From Adineta vaga (Eukaryota > Animalia > Rotifera), in the NCBI GenBank assembly GCA_021613535.1, contig CP075494.1:5146001-5210000 (forward strand): a stretch of 64,000 bases of DNA, given 5' to 3'. Within the stretch, counting starts at the first letter, position 1. Each line of letters opens with the position of its first letter. Below are positions 1-11,274 of this stretch, piece by piece. The translations under genes were made by a program, and so were the position numbers. Below the pieces are notes generated by a model. The model saw only the letters and a program-made list of their open reading frames with translations, was not told the DNA's origin and made no database searches.

Positions 1-493
1 GTACCAACCTGTTGACAAGGCTACAACTTTTTGAGAATCAGGATAGAACAATCCATAACATGCACCGCCCCATCCACCGTCACCACCTTGTTGAAAACTA
101 TTCAGCGTCAATACAGCCGAAGATTTTGATGATGGAGAACATTTATATTGTTGATAACTGACACCTGTTTTACAGCATTCAGAAAAATTGTCTGTATTGC
201 ATGCAGTACTATGAAAAGAAGCATATATATAATCTCGTTACAAACCAATGGCAACGTTCTTACCTAGTGCCATGCAATACGCCAAAAGGTGTGCATATTT
301 TATCTTGATCAATATTTTCACGATCACCACACTTTCCACTCAAACAGATCATGTCTCCATCGCAATCATTATATGTTGAACAAGGATCACCAGCACAGTG
401 ACCTATCCAAGAACAAGTAGAAGATCGTGTTTTTCGAATAAGTTTCGATCCTGTAGTGGTAAAAAGTAATAAGAAAACGAATAAAGAAATCAT
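1..493 (-). CDS. Kiwellin / ripening-related (barwin-like DPBB) secreted protein, 3' end outside window
   Basis: Exon 493-264 has a signal peptide and [23 protein letters not shown] (kissper-like). A 55-nt GT-AG intron (263-209) follows. Exon 208-1 reads [69 protein letters not shown], matching plant kiwellin motifs (CSP..., LTLNSFxxGGDGG, VVALSTGW). Confidence 0.92.
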
Positions 494-1599
494 GTGAAAA
501 TCTAAAAGATGATAGAATCGTACGTATTGTATTTAAAACAAAACGTTTAAAAATAATCTGATTTTAATCGATTTTTTAGAATAAAAATCGATTGAAATGT
601 CACAATTTTAGTCGAATTTTTAATTGAAAAAGAATCTTTTTTAATCGATTTTCAATATATCTCTATCAAAATATCGATTTTAAACAGATTTCTAACGGTT
701 TTTTTCTAATCTTTATCGAACGAATCCTGACAAAATGTCGATGCATTCGTGCTTTTTTAATATTGCATATTGATCAAAGAATAACTTTTCAGGTCAATCT
801 CGATCTTTCTTTCTTTCCTTTTTCTTTTCTTTTCTTTCAATGTATATAGGCGTATTATTTCGATAAATAAAGTTAGAGAAAAGAGTAAAGCCCGCGGCAC
901 GTTCGTCTACTTACATTATATTTATTATCATAAATAACATCTCTAATAATGAGTATCTTTCAATCGATCAAATCTGTTCTCTGTTGAATAATTAGTTTGA
1001 TATAAACTCTCCGATTTGCTGCAACAGTATCACAAAAAGTCACATAACAGTTTTAAATAAGATCAAATCATCTCACTATAGAGGAAATCGTTTATATATA
1101 CAAATAGTATTTCAATTCAGCCACATATGTCAAATCAAATATGAACTTCAGTGGTGCTAGAAATTGCGTCATATTTTGAACTTTATTTTTGCTTCATTAG
1201 ATAGATCACGACTTTTTTGAATGGATAACATTAACAGATTCGTTGTCATAGTAATTCCTTGTAACGTTCGATGTTTTCATTGTTTTGTTTTAGAATTCAA
1301 ATGAGATGGAAGAAAGAAGACTTGACGGAGAAATAGATTTCAAATTTCGTCATGAAAACACTGAAGAAAATATACAGAGGTCACTAGTCAATATGTATTT
1401 GCCCATGACTGGTTTACAGTTCTTTTTCTTGAGCGTTTCAGTCGGAAGAACAGAAAAGAAAAGATTGACGATATTTTCATCATACACGTGAAAATGGCCG
1501 TATAAGGATAATATTGTATATTACTCAAATAAACTTAAATATTCTGTTGCAATACTAACATATACAATGCATTGATTTCTGCTTTTTTACTTTAAAACA

Positions 1600-3329
1600 A
1601 TGTGCATCGGTTTGCGACGTTTTTTCTTTAGACAAATACAAAAACGATCTTTCACTACTCGAATGACTGAGTCGGAAAATCCAGATGATTTATCCCATAT
1701 TCCAACTGATACAGAATCATATTCTTCTGTTTCAACACATCCTGAAATCAAATATCGACCAATGCCTGATCCATTATCTGTTTATGTACCATTGAATTCG
1801 TTAACTCAGAAAACTATTGATTCTATTGTGTCAACAATTCATCAATCTGAAAAAAGAGATTGGCACTTTGGTAGACGTACTCTTCTTGCTTTTCTACTTG
1901 CAATCCATAATCAATTGAAAGTAATCGAACAAAATAAAGATCGGGAAAATAAATTCGATGAAAAGACAATTCAACATGCATCAAAAGTTCGAAAATGGTT
2001 GGTAAGAAAGGATCAATCTGGTGATGTTAGTGAACTTCAATGGGATGAATTAGAAACTAATTATAAAAAGATGATGAAAGAGAAAGATAGTGGAATGGCA
2101 GCGAATTTTTATGTCGATGTTAAAGAGGTCGAACCTTATTATGAATTAACTATTCCCGAAGTAAGTTTTTATAATTTTATCAAGTAATTTCACAAATTAA
2201 TTTTCGTTTCTATTCGAATTTATGTAGTTACATGAGGATGTAAATCAATCTCGAAAATATATGAAAAGATTTCGTAGTGAGGGTTGGGATCCAAAAGAAT
2301 TGAAATTATACTGGGATGTACAACAACTAGAAGATCTTTGTCCAAAAGATGAAATTCAAACAAAAGTATTGGAAGAAAAAGAAAAAGATGAAATCAAAAC
2401 GGAAAATGAACAAACGAACGAAAGTAATACACTTCCTTGTGATCCATCTGATTTAGATGCTATGGAAGCTTTACGTCAATATCCAGTCTCACAACGAAAT
2501 CATGCTACTAAAATTGAATATATCAACAAAGGAATTGAAAAGGCAGTTTTTGATGCACCTGAAGACGTTCAATTAATTGTTCTTAACTTTGCTGTAAATA
2601 ATCTTTTCTTTCTAAAATTATCTTTGATATTTATCTGACTATTTTAGAATGAACGATCTCCAGGAGGAGGATATTTACGACATGCTTGTAAGTTTATCTT
2701 ATTATCAATGAACCAATAGGATATATATTTTTCTATTTAGGGGCACAAGAGGAAATTATTCTATATAATTCTGATGGTTATCGATCATTACTTGATTTAA
2801 AATACGGACGAATGGGTGGTGGATATGCTATACCTGAATTTGGAGTTGCTTATGTTCGGGATATACGATTTTTCGATCAGAAATCGACTAGAATTCGTAA
2901 AGCGGATATGTTAGTTTCGGCATGTTATTGTCTCTCCGGTTCACCTCAACTTTATGAGAATCCAGAAGATACAGATATGGTAACACATACAATTCATCAA
3001 TTCTAAACCATAAACTAACTTTATTTTGATTCTTGTAGGTAATTTCAAATACTGTTGAAAAATTTCGTGCATTTATTGCTGCAGCTGTTGCTAATACGAA
3101 AGGTGATGGATCGAATACATATCTTTTACTTGGTCCCATTGGCACAGGTGCTTTTGCAAATGATACAAGAGATATTGCTTATACTTTTCGTAAAGTACTC
3201 TCGTCGAAAATGATGGGATCAACAGGTCCAATAGCAAATGCATTTGGAAATATTTGGTTTGTATCAACAGATCAATGGAAAAATCTTTTATTTGAAGACG
3301 TTTTAAGTGAAAAAGATCAAACCAAATGA
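1600..3329 (+). CDS. Microbial-type poly(ADP-ribose) glycohydrolase (DUF2263/TIGR02452 macrodomain), 5 exons
   Basis: Exons 1600-2160, 2228-2593, 2648-2687, 2741-2979, 3039-3329. The spliced product has VLNFANERSPGGGYLRHAWAQEEII (GGG-x6-QEE catalytic loop) and LLLGPIGTGAFAN. Confidence 0.85.
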
Positions 3330-3627
3330 GAATAGAATTTCCTATTTTATTTTTTCATAGTTTAAACGCGAAATGAGATAAGTATATATATATATATACA
3401 TACTCAATAAAAATATGTAAACAACTAAAATATTAAACAGTTGATTCGATATATCTAATTATTAAAGCCAACAAACATATTTACAAATTATATAGAAAAT
3501 GTGCGTTTTAACAACATTTACAAAAGTAACAAAAAGGCTTATCTAATGGTAAATTATCTTTTGATATTGAGGTGAAGATAGGTGAAAAAGAAGTTTGTAT
3601 TTTTCATAAATTCAAAATAATAAAACC

Positions 3628-4938
3628 ATGTTTTTTATACAATGGATATGTTTATTTGTATTCTCGTATGTAGTTCTGTGTAAACACATACCAGACTCTC
3701 GTCTCGATTTAGATGAAGTTGTTTATCATGATGAACCATCAAAAATTTACCTTGGTTCGCCATCAATTGTTCGTTTATCATCAGGACGTCTTGTTGCCAG
3801 TCACGATTTCTTTGGTCCTGGATATCAATCTCAACCAAGAAATGTATCCATCTATGTTAGTGATGATAATGGTGAAAATTGGATGTTTAGATCGTATATA
3901 AAACATAGTTATTGGACAACATTAGCAGTTTATAATGATATGATCTATGCGATTGGCACAGATAGTGACACGAATGCGAATATAATAATTCATCGAAGTA
4001 GTGATCATGGTACATCATGGAATTATAATGGAAATGATGATGGAATTATTCTATTTCATGGATCATTTGCAACAGGTGCAACACCGATTGTGATTGCTAA
4101 TCAAATTATGTATCGAGCAATTGAAGCTTGGCCAGCCCCTTCTCGATGGCCTGATGATTTTCAAGCTGCTATTGTTAGCTGTAATTTAACAAAAGCAAAT
4201 CAATCTACTATGGATGATGATAATGATCCAATTATGTCATCTAATAATTGGCGAATAACTCCACCGTTATCTTTCAATACATCATGGATACCAAAAACAT
4301 TTCCGAATATAACTAAACCTGGCTATTTAGAAGGTAATGTTGTTGTATCTACAGCAACGACTGGATCAAAAGAATTACGTATTTTCAATATCATTCGATT
4401 TAATTCTATTCCATTATCAAATCTGGCTATTATATTAGAATTAAATCAAATAACAAATACATTATCATTTATTTCAATTATAAAATTTCCTGGTGGAATG
4501 ACGAAATTTTCTATAAGATATGATCCTATTAGTGAAACATATTTTACATTCGTCAATCCAGTAACACGAGATTTCGATCCAATTCAACGAAATATTTTAA
4601 GTTTATCATATTCAAAAGACTTAACTAATTGGACAATTGCTGTTGATCGTCTTGTATATGATGATACAGGTTTTACAGTAAATGATAGCCTTCGGTATAC
4701 TGGTTTTCATTATGTTGATTGGCAATTTGATGATTTATCATCGTCATCATCATTATTGAATAGTAAAGCAAGTTGTGTCGAATGGAATTGTGATGGTGGT
4801 CCTGATATGATCTATTTAATTCGTACATCATATCGTGGTGCTAATTCTTATCATAATTCAAATCGCATTACTTATAAAACATTGAAAAACTATCGAGCGT
4901 TAGTTGAAAAACAACATAAAAAAGACTTTTTTCCATAA
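3628..4938 (+). CDS. Secreted sialidase-like / BNR Asp-box beta-propeller protein, intronless
   Basis: Signal peptide; YLGSPSIVRL..GRLVASHDFFGP; Asp-boxes SDDNGENW, SSDHGTSW, SKDLTNW; GFHYVDWQFD; GANSYHNSN. Resembles bacterial exo-alpha-sialidase-family proteins. Confidence 0.75.
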   Translation: MFFIQWICLFVFSYVVLCKHIPDSRLDLDEVVYHDEPSKIYLGSPSIVRLSSGRLVASHDFFGPGYQSQPRNVSIYVSDDNGENWMFRSYIKHSYWTTLAVYNDMIYAIGTDSDTNANIIIHRSSDHGTSWNYNGNDDGIILFHGSFATGATPIVIANQIMYRAIEAWPAPSRWPDDFQAAIVSCNLTKANQSTMDDDNDPIMSSNNWRITPPLSFNTSWIPKTFPNITKPGYLEGNVVVSTATTGSKELRIFNIIRFNSIPLSNLAIILELNQITNTLSFISIIKFPGGMTKFSIRYDPISETYFTFVNPVTRDFDPIQRNILSLSYSKDLTNWTIAVDRLVYDDTGFTVNDSLRYTGFHYVDWQFDDLSSSSSLLNSKASCVEWNCDGGPDMIYLIRTSYRGANSYHNSNRITYKTLKNYRALVEKQHKKDFFP

Positions 4939-5537
4939 CTTCAGTTAAGTATATTTTCATCTATACCTTCATATTTTTGAAATCGTCAAAACTATTTGTT
5001 GGAAATTTATGAAAATATAATTATCACTGAATGTGTTTTTATTCTATATAATATAGCAACTGATGTTTTTATCATCTTCTAATGTAAAAGTATAGCATTG
5101 ATAACGAGATTCGCAGCAGCGTTAAAAGACTCATTTTTTCCCTTTAGAAACACTTCTGACATTCTCACACGCCTTCGAAATAAAATATCTAAGAATAATA
5201 AATCATATTTGAAAGACAATGCTGACGTTCATTTATCACTAAAGAATAATGCATTTATTTCTTAACTGTCGTAGGAATGCTCTCGAGTGATGATAGAAAT
5301 TACTTATCTACTTATTCTAATTTTGGTCTGAAGATATGAGAACACGATGATTTGCACGTATCGAAATAAAACATTTGATGAAATATAGTCATATTTATTG
5401 AATTCAATCAAAAATGAGAAAAAGATTGAGCTATTATTTTCAGCTGAAGTGTAATTAGTTTTTATTTTTATTTTTGCCGAGGCGTCAAACTAAAAGTATA
5501 TAAAAGAAATGCGTCAGTGTATATTGTATTGACTAAA

Positions 5538-6377
5538 ATGATGAAGACAATAATTCAACTCGCTATTGTTTACATTGTATTCATAAAAACATTAGCATCA
5601 ATGTCTACTGGAGCTTCAATGAATCCTAGCATAATATCAACTGTTTCTGATCGTCCACCCGGCTTCGCAATGACATCAGTCTTCAGTAGTTCCCCACCAA
5701 GAGCTAGTGTATTATTTTCATCCATGAATTCTTTTCTAACAAGTTTCAAGCCAGATCCTATCACAAGTGGAAAACCTCCTATTTCTGATTCTTCACCACA
5801 TCCTTTCACAGCCTCGTCAAATCCTAATGGACTTCCGACATTCACCAATCCACCGCCGATAAATTATAGTCCAACAGCAAGCTCTATTGGAGGATCACCT
5901 AGTTCCCGTTTTCCAACAACCATCTCTCCCGGTATAATAAGTCTAAGTACACCATTGATGTTTATCAATCAAGATTCAAGTCCAAGAGAAAGTCCACCAA
6001 TTTCTTTGGCAACTTCGTCAAATCCTAGTAGATCTCCAATAACTACTACTGGTAGTTATCCTTTGACAAGTTCCCATCCATCTACAGGCATTTTTAGTGG
6101 ATCTCCGATGTCGACAAGACTACCATCAACATATCTCAGTGCCTCACAAACTTCTTCTAGTCGGTCTGTCAACACACCTACAACAGGTTCATCATTCAAT
6201 AACAGTAGAATTTCAACCATGTTAAACTCAAGAGGATCATTTACTACCTTTATTGCCACAACTGCTCCTAATACACAAAGTACACTGCAAGTAACTACCA
6301 GTGCTGGTCAAGTTCTTTCGATTTGTCATTCATTGATGTATATTTTTGTTACTCTCCTTTTTACATACTTTCTTTAA
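5538..6377 (+). CDS. Ser/Thr/Pro-rich mucin-like secreted protein, probably GPI-anchored
   Basis: N-terminal signal peptide, low-complexity S/T/P body, hydrophobic C-terminus; TATA-like TATAAAA near 5499. Confidence 0.7.
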   Translation: MMKTIIQLAIVYIVFIKTLASMSTGASMNPSIISTVSDRPPGFAMTSVFSSSPPRASVLFSSMNSFLTSFKPDPITSGKPPISDSSPHPFTASSNPNGLPTFTNPPPINYSPTASSIGGSPSSRFPTTISPGIISLSTPLMFINQDSSPRESPPISLATSSNPSRSPITTTGSYPLTSSHPSTGIFSGSPMSTRLPSTYLSASQTSSSRSVNTPTTGSSFNNSRISTMLNSRGSFTTFIATTAPNTQSTLQVTTSAGQVLSICHSLMYIFVTLLFTYFL

Positions 6378-6625
6378 ATGATTATTATCATTTATAGATG
6401 ACTTATTCATGAACTTGTCCTTTTGAAATGCACTCACAGAATTATGATATCATCATTCCGAAGATTCTTCTGTCTCAGAAATAAAATAAATAACACATAT
6501 ATAACACTTGAACACTCGTTTATATTTATAATCTTCAATATATACTTCGTTTATTCACAAATCAATTACTAATTTGTATGAAATTATTAAAAAAAAAATA
6601 TAATTTTACATGTTGCAGTAAATTG

Positions 6626-7843
6626 CTAACTGCTATTGATAATCGAAATTTGCGCATCTTTATCAGAATAGTTCATGATCACAATAGTTGATGTTTGATC
6701 AACAGCTAATACACGTTGTCTAGCATCTCGGGGTCCAATACGATATGTAGCATTTCCTTTATGGCTAATAACCCACTCTTGAGTGAAATTACCCGTCAAA
6801 ATATCAGTTTTTACTGTACCCATCGATGCTGTAGCACTATACGCGTTGAACAATATTACTCGTACTGTTGTCAACAATATACCAAGACATTTGTTTGTTT
6901 GTGCTTGTGATGAAAGTCGATAAGTACTATTGGCGAGAACACGAGCTAAATCTTCTTGCATTTGCCAATAAGCTGGTTTTGGTTGATAGTCAGCATGAAA
7001 GAGTGATGATTCACCTTCTGTATGATTAGTAGCAGCCGGAATCCAACTATATCGATCTATAAAACCCCAAGTAAGTAATGCTGGAGTTCGCGGAGCAAAG
7101 TGAAAAACATAATCGAGAACAGAACGATAGACAACACCTTGTTTTTTCAATATCAGCAGGATCTTTAGGATCACCATCGACCATTGGAATGCCAATGTCA
7201 AGTTCTGTTACCATTAAATCTAAATTTCTATCAATAAATCGTTGAGCAGTTTGATAATGTACATCTCCCGGAGTGACAGCTACAGAAACTTTTATACGTC
7301 ATTGAATTCCAATACCATGAATAGGAACATTTTCTGATTTTAACCAATCAATAAGTGCAACTACTCGTTCGGTTTTTAATCCTCCTTGTTGAAATCCAAA
7401 ATCATTATAATAAAGATTGAACATGTTCAGGTGTTATAAATGGTTCTCTTTCTAGCAATCAATGAGGAATTCTCATATCATAAGCCCACACTAAAGTATG
7501 TCCACGTAATTGCATTCCATTCTGTTGAACCCACCCAGTTGTAGTTGGCGTTGCACCTAAAAGCCAACCTGAATCAGTAAAGTTATACAGATTCTCACCA
7601 ATCCAATTATATTCAGGCTTTAATTCGAATCCTGACACAATTAATTGATAATTTTTTTACAATCGTAGCATTGTATTGTCCTTGATCAATATCACGTCGT
7701 AAATAGTCAACAAGAGTTGCCGTTCCTAGTAGCAAACCATGGAACGATGCTGATACTTTCAAACCGATTGGATCTTGTGCTTGAATATTCAAATACTTTG
7801 CTAAACAAAATACGAATAAAAATAATATGGTAGTGTTTTTCAT
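6626..7843 (-). pseudogene. GH10 endo-1,4-beta-xylanase with C-terminal ricin-B-like lectin remnant, disrupted
   Basis: Signal peptide; LRGHTLVW; LYYNDF; IHGIGIQ*; MVTELDI (nucleophile Glu); TWGFIDRYSWIP; LFHADYQPKPAY. Two in-frame TGA (near 7461 and 7300), frameshifts in homopolymer runs (~7655, ~7145) and loss of the WDVVNE segment near 7410. Confidence 0.85.
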
Positions 7844-8311
7844 AATTATAACGAATTATTCGACTATTGTTAGTATGCAAAACATGAAATATAATGTGCT
7901 TGTATCGTCGATGAATAAGAGAAACGGAAGGCACATGTGTTAATCTTTCGAAGTCAAATATCAACAAGAAATAAGAATTAATCATATAGACAATACTAGT
8001 ACATGAAGGATTTGAAGATTTTTCTTTCATACTATGACATTCCATCGTGAAGTATTCATCTTGAGAAAAGAAAATCTGGTAAGCTGCACGTATAGATATC
8101 TAATGTGTTGAGATGTTTTACAGAAAAGAAAAGAAAAGAAAAGAAATCTTTTTATCAAGAGATATGAAAAGAAAAAGCAAAGAACATTTGATGACTACAG
8201 AAGATGTCAACAGTTATTGCATTACTCGACGTTTTAACACACGACAGTTTTTTTTCTCGACATTTTTATTCTTTTTCTAGTCTGATTATTTAGATTCTTA
8301 CCTATGAAAAT

Positions 8312-9581
8312 ATGTCTTATTCATTATTTTCTGGTATTCGACGAACATTAATTTCTCCATCAACAGTTACAGAAAAATCCGATGAAGTAATCGGTCACGA
8401 TGTTTTAATTAAATTCCATGCTGCTCATGTAGGTCACTCTATCTATTCTTATTGGTTTAGTTAATTGTTTTTAGAATTTACCAAAAATGGATGTTGTTGG
8501 TACTGCTGATCCTTATTTTCGTGCTAAAATCGATGATGGTCAAGTTGAATTCAGTTCTTCATGTATCATTAAGACATTAAATCCGGTTTGGAATGAAGAA
8601 TGGATAGTAAGAAATATACCTTCAACAGCCAAACTGTTCGTTACCGTCTATGATAAAGATGATGATACACTTTTTGATGATTATATTGGCAAATTTCAAA
8701 TCGATATTCAACCTCTAGAAAATGAATGCATACCAATTCTCGGCTTTTCAAATACTCATCGAGGTACATTTCAATTAAGTATAGAATTACTTCCATCTGT
8801 TGAAGCTCGTCCATATACATTTGATGGTCCTGTTCGTTTTTCTCGTCATAATTCATTAACAGTTGGTCATTTAACAAAAGTAAATGATGAAAGACTTTAT
8901 TCAACTTGGGAAATTCATTTGAAACGTATTGATATTTATTTTGATCGAAATAGAAAACAAAAATGGAATTCATCATATCATGCTGCGAAAAAAATTTTTG
9001 AAGGTCCTATGGCTCATGCTATTCAATCGGTTATTAAACAAGCACATCGAGTTTTATATGCCAAACATACAACAAATGAATTTGGTCTAGTCAGTACGAA
9101 CGAAGATTTTTGGCGATTATTAACCGATATAAATACAAATATGATCAAACCGTGTGTTTACACGTATATTATTGAAGATAATACTTGGCGTTTTAGTGAA
9201 ACGGGTGCTTCATTTTTTGTGGATTTTGCTTCAAAACATGCTCTACATGCCAATTGTGCACAGACAGTTCATTATGCAGGTGAATTTCATCCGCGACCAA
9301 AATGTGGTTGGGATGAATATGATCCAAATGAAATTCTTGATTGGAATCAATGGGAATTAGTCATTGATAATGGTTCAGGAACATATGCACCTGATTTAAG
9401 ACTTCTTAATAAATTACAAGAATTATTAGTATTTAATTTTCCAGATCTGAATGTTGTTACATATGATTTCAAAGATCCAGCATTGATATCAAGTATCAAA
9501 GCATGTCGAGAGTTTGCTAAAAGTCCAAAATCGAAATCGATTCGAACACTGAAATATCTTATACCAACACCATTAACTTAA
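8312..9581 (+). CDS. C2-domain protein with fungal/protist-type C-terminal domain, 2 exons
   Basis: Exon 8312-8428, intron 8429-8474, exon 8475-9581. C2 motifs NLPKMDVVGTADPY, TLNPVWNE, VYDKD..DDYIG; C-terminal SKHALHAN..YAGEFHPRP..LVIDNGSGTYAP. Confidence 0.8.
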
Positions 9582-9661
9582 ATAAAAGATCGCATATATA
9601 GATACATATCAATTTATTGATTAAACAACAATCATGTAACATACAATATCGAGATTCATAA

Positions 9662-10720
9662 TTAAGTCATTGATGCTACTCCTTGTCGTCGAGCAAGTAA
9701 GAGGAATTGTTGTCGAAGACTTTTTCGAAATAATCGACTTGTTAATGTATTAACATAGAATGTTTTACAATAATTCATATAATAAAACCATCTTGCAATA
9801 AAAGTAAATATAATATATAAAAGAAGATAGTATAAATCTGTTGGTGGTCGATTAAAATATCCATAGAGATAAATAGTCATATATGGAACATTGAAAAGTA
9901 TTGTTACAGTGACTTGCATTAATAACATTATTAACATATGAGAATTATTTCGAATTGAAACTTGTCTAATCTGATTTGTTGATGGTATTGGATCGATTGT
10001 TGTTCGATTACTTCGAGTAGTTTGTTGAGCAGTAACACGTCCTCGACTTCGTTTCATATTGTAACATATTAATAAACCAAAAGCTGATAAAAAAAATGGA
10101 GCAATAGCTCCATTATATAATGCAAAGAAAAATCCATCTATAATCAGATAAGTTGTTGGAGAACCAAGAATAACTTGACATTTAGTAACATTCGTGATAG
10201 GATCAGTGACATAATCATAACCAATGATAATATGTAATTCAAATAAAACCCATAGAATAAAAACGATTCGTACGATCATGCGACTGATCTTCAATTGACT
10301 ACATTTTCGAAGTGTGGTATTCAATGAACTTGCACAAAAGCGATCCATTGATGCAAGTGTTAAATAAGTCGACGATAAACATGGTAAAAGTGAAAGAAGA
10401 AAATTTCCAAATTTACACCAAATTCGTGTGGAATAGATTAATGTCGACAATGGCAAATGAAATCTTGTGATCATTTCTAATAAAAGAAATACATTCATTA
10501 TCCAAAAATCAATAATCGATGTTGATAGAAAATAAACTGAACAAGAATTCATTCGAATTTGTTTTTGAATAAATGTAATTATATTCAAAATTGAACCTAT
10601 CATACCAATGACATACAATCCAACTAACATGCAATTATCTATTGTTAAAATAATTTCTATTGCTCGACCAAGATCAATAGACGGTGCTACTGTTATTGTT
10701 GTTGTTGTTGTGTTCGACAT
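9662..10720 (-). CDS. Orphan class A 7TM GPCR, intronless (tandem copy 1)
   Basis: Seven hydrophobic segments, IWCKF, ASMDRF, NVPY in TM6; likely ATG at 10720. Confidence 0.88.
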   Translation of the reverse strand: MSNTTTTTITVAPSIDLGRAIEIILTIDNCMLVGLYVIGMIGSILNIITFIQKQIRMNSCSVYFLSTSIIDFWIMNVFLLLEMITRFHLPLSTLIYSTRIWCKFGNFLLSLLPCLSSTYLTLASMDRFCASSLNTTLRKCSQLKISRMIVRIVFILWVLFELHIIIGYDYVTDPITNVTKCQVILGSPTTYLIIDGFFFALYNGAIAPFFLSAFGLLICYNMKRSRGRVTAQQTTRSNRTTIDPIPSTNQIRQVSIRNNSHMLIMLLMQVTVTILFNVPYMTIYLYGYFNRPPTDLYYLLLYIIFTFIARWFYYMNYCKTFYVNTLTSRLFRKSLRQQFLLLARRQGVASMT

Positions 10721-11274
10721 TTTAGTTTTTTGGTACGTGAGACTTGGAATAAAAGAGTGTAAAGGTGAAATGAAATAGAAAGCAAGAGTATTTATAGTTA
10801 TCCAGAGAGAAAATGACTGAGAATTATCAAGTATCAGATATCGTAATGAGATTAAAGGATCAATAGAAGTAAATATAAACACGATTATGTAAATGATCAG
10901 AAAAGGAGAGATAGAGAGAGATTGACTTGATTTGGTTGAAATTTATATTGTAACAGATAATTAGTGTTTATAAAAACGAAAACGAATGGGATTTTTTATA
11001 TAAAATAGACATTGACCTATATTCGGAAACAGTAAAGTTTTAATTATAAATCTATGATGATCCTGCAACTTCTATTGGATATCAGTTTCTTTATGATCCA
11101 CTTTTTTATATTTAGAATCAAATTTTAATTTTTAAGATCTAATTAAAAGAGTTTACTTACAAGAAAACAAGTATTAAGAAATCTTTCAATAATGTTTTTT
11201 CGTTTAAAATATTTATTACGAAGAAATTTTAGAAATACTTGAAAACTAACAACAATCTAGTTTCTCTGTGTTTT

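Noticed and set aside
540-740. Repeated AATCGATT/ATCGAT palindromes upstream of the kiwellin
   Set aside because: ATCGAT is frequent throughout this window and shows no regular spacing; not a CRISPR or a clear element.
5570-6259. Antisense ORFs over the mucin-like gene (also 55410-55634 and 42719-42901)
   Set aside because: Shadow ORFs from low-complexity, stop-poor coding sequence.
7290-7470. Two in-frame TGA codons in the xylanase as possible TGA=Trp or selenocysteine recoding
   Set aside because: The same gene has frameshifts and a catalytic-region deletion, and TGA is a normal stop in neighbouring genes.
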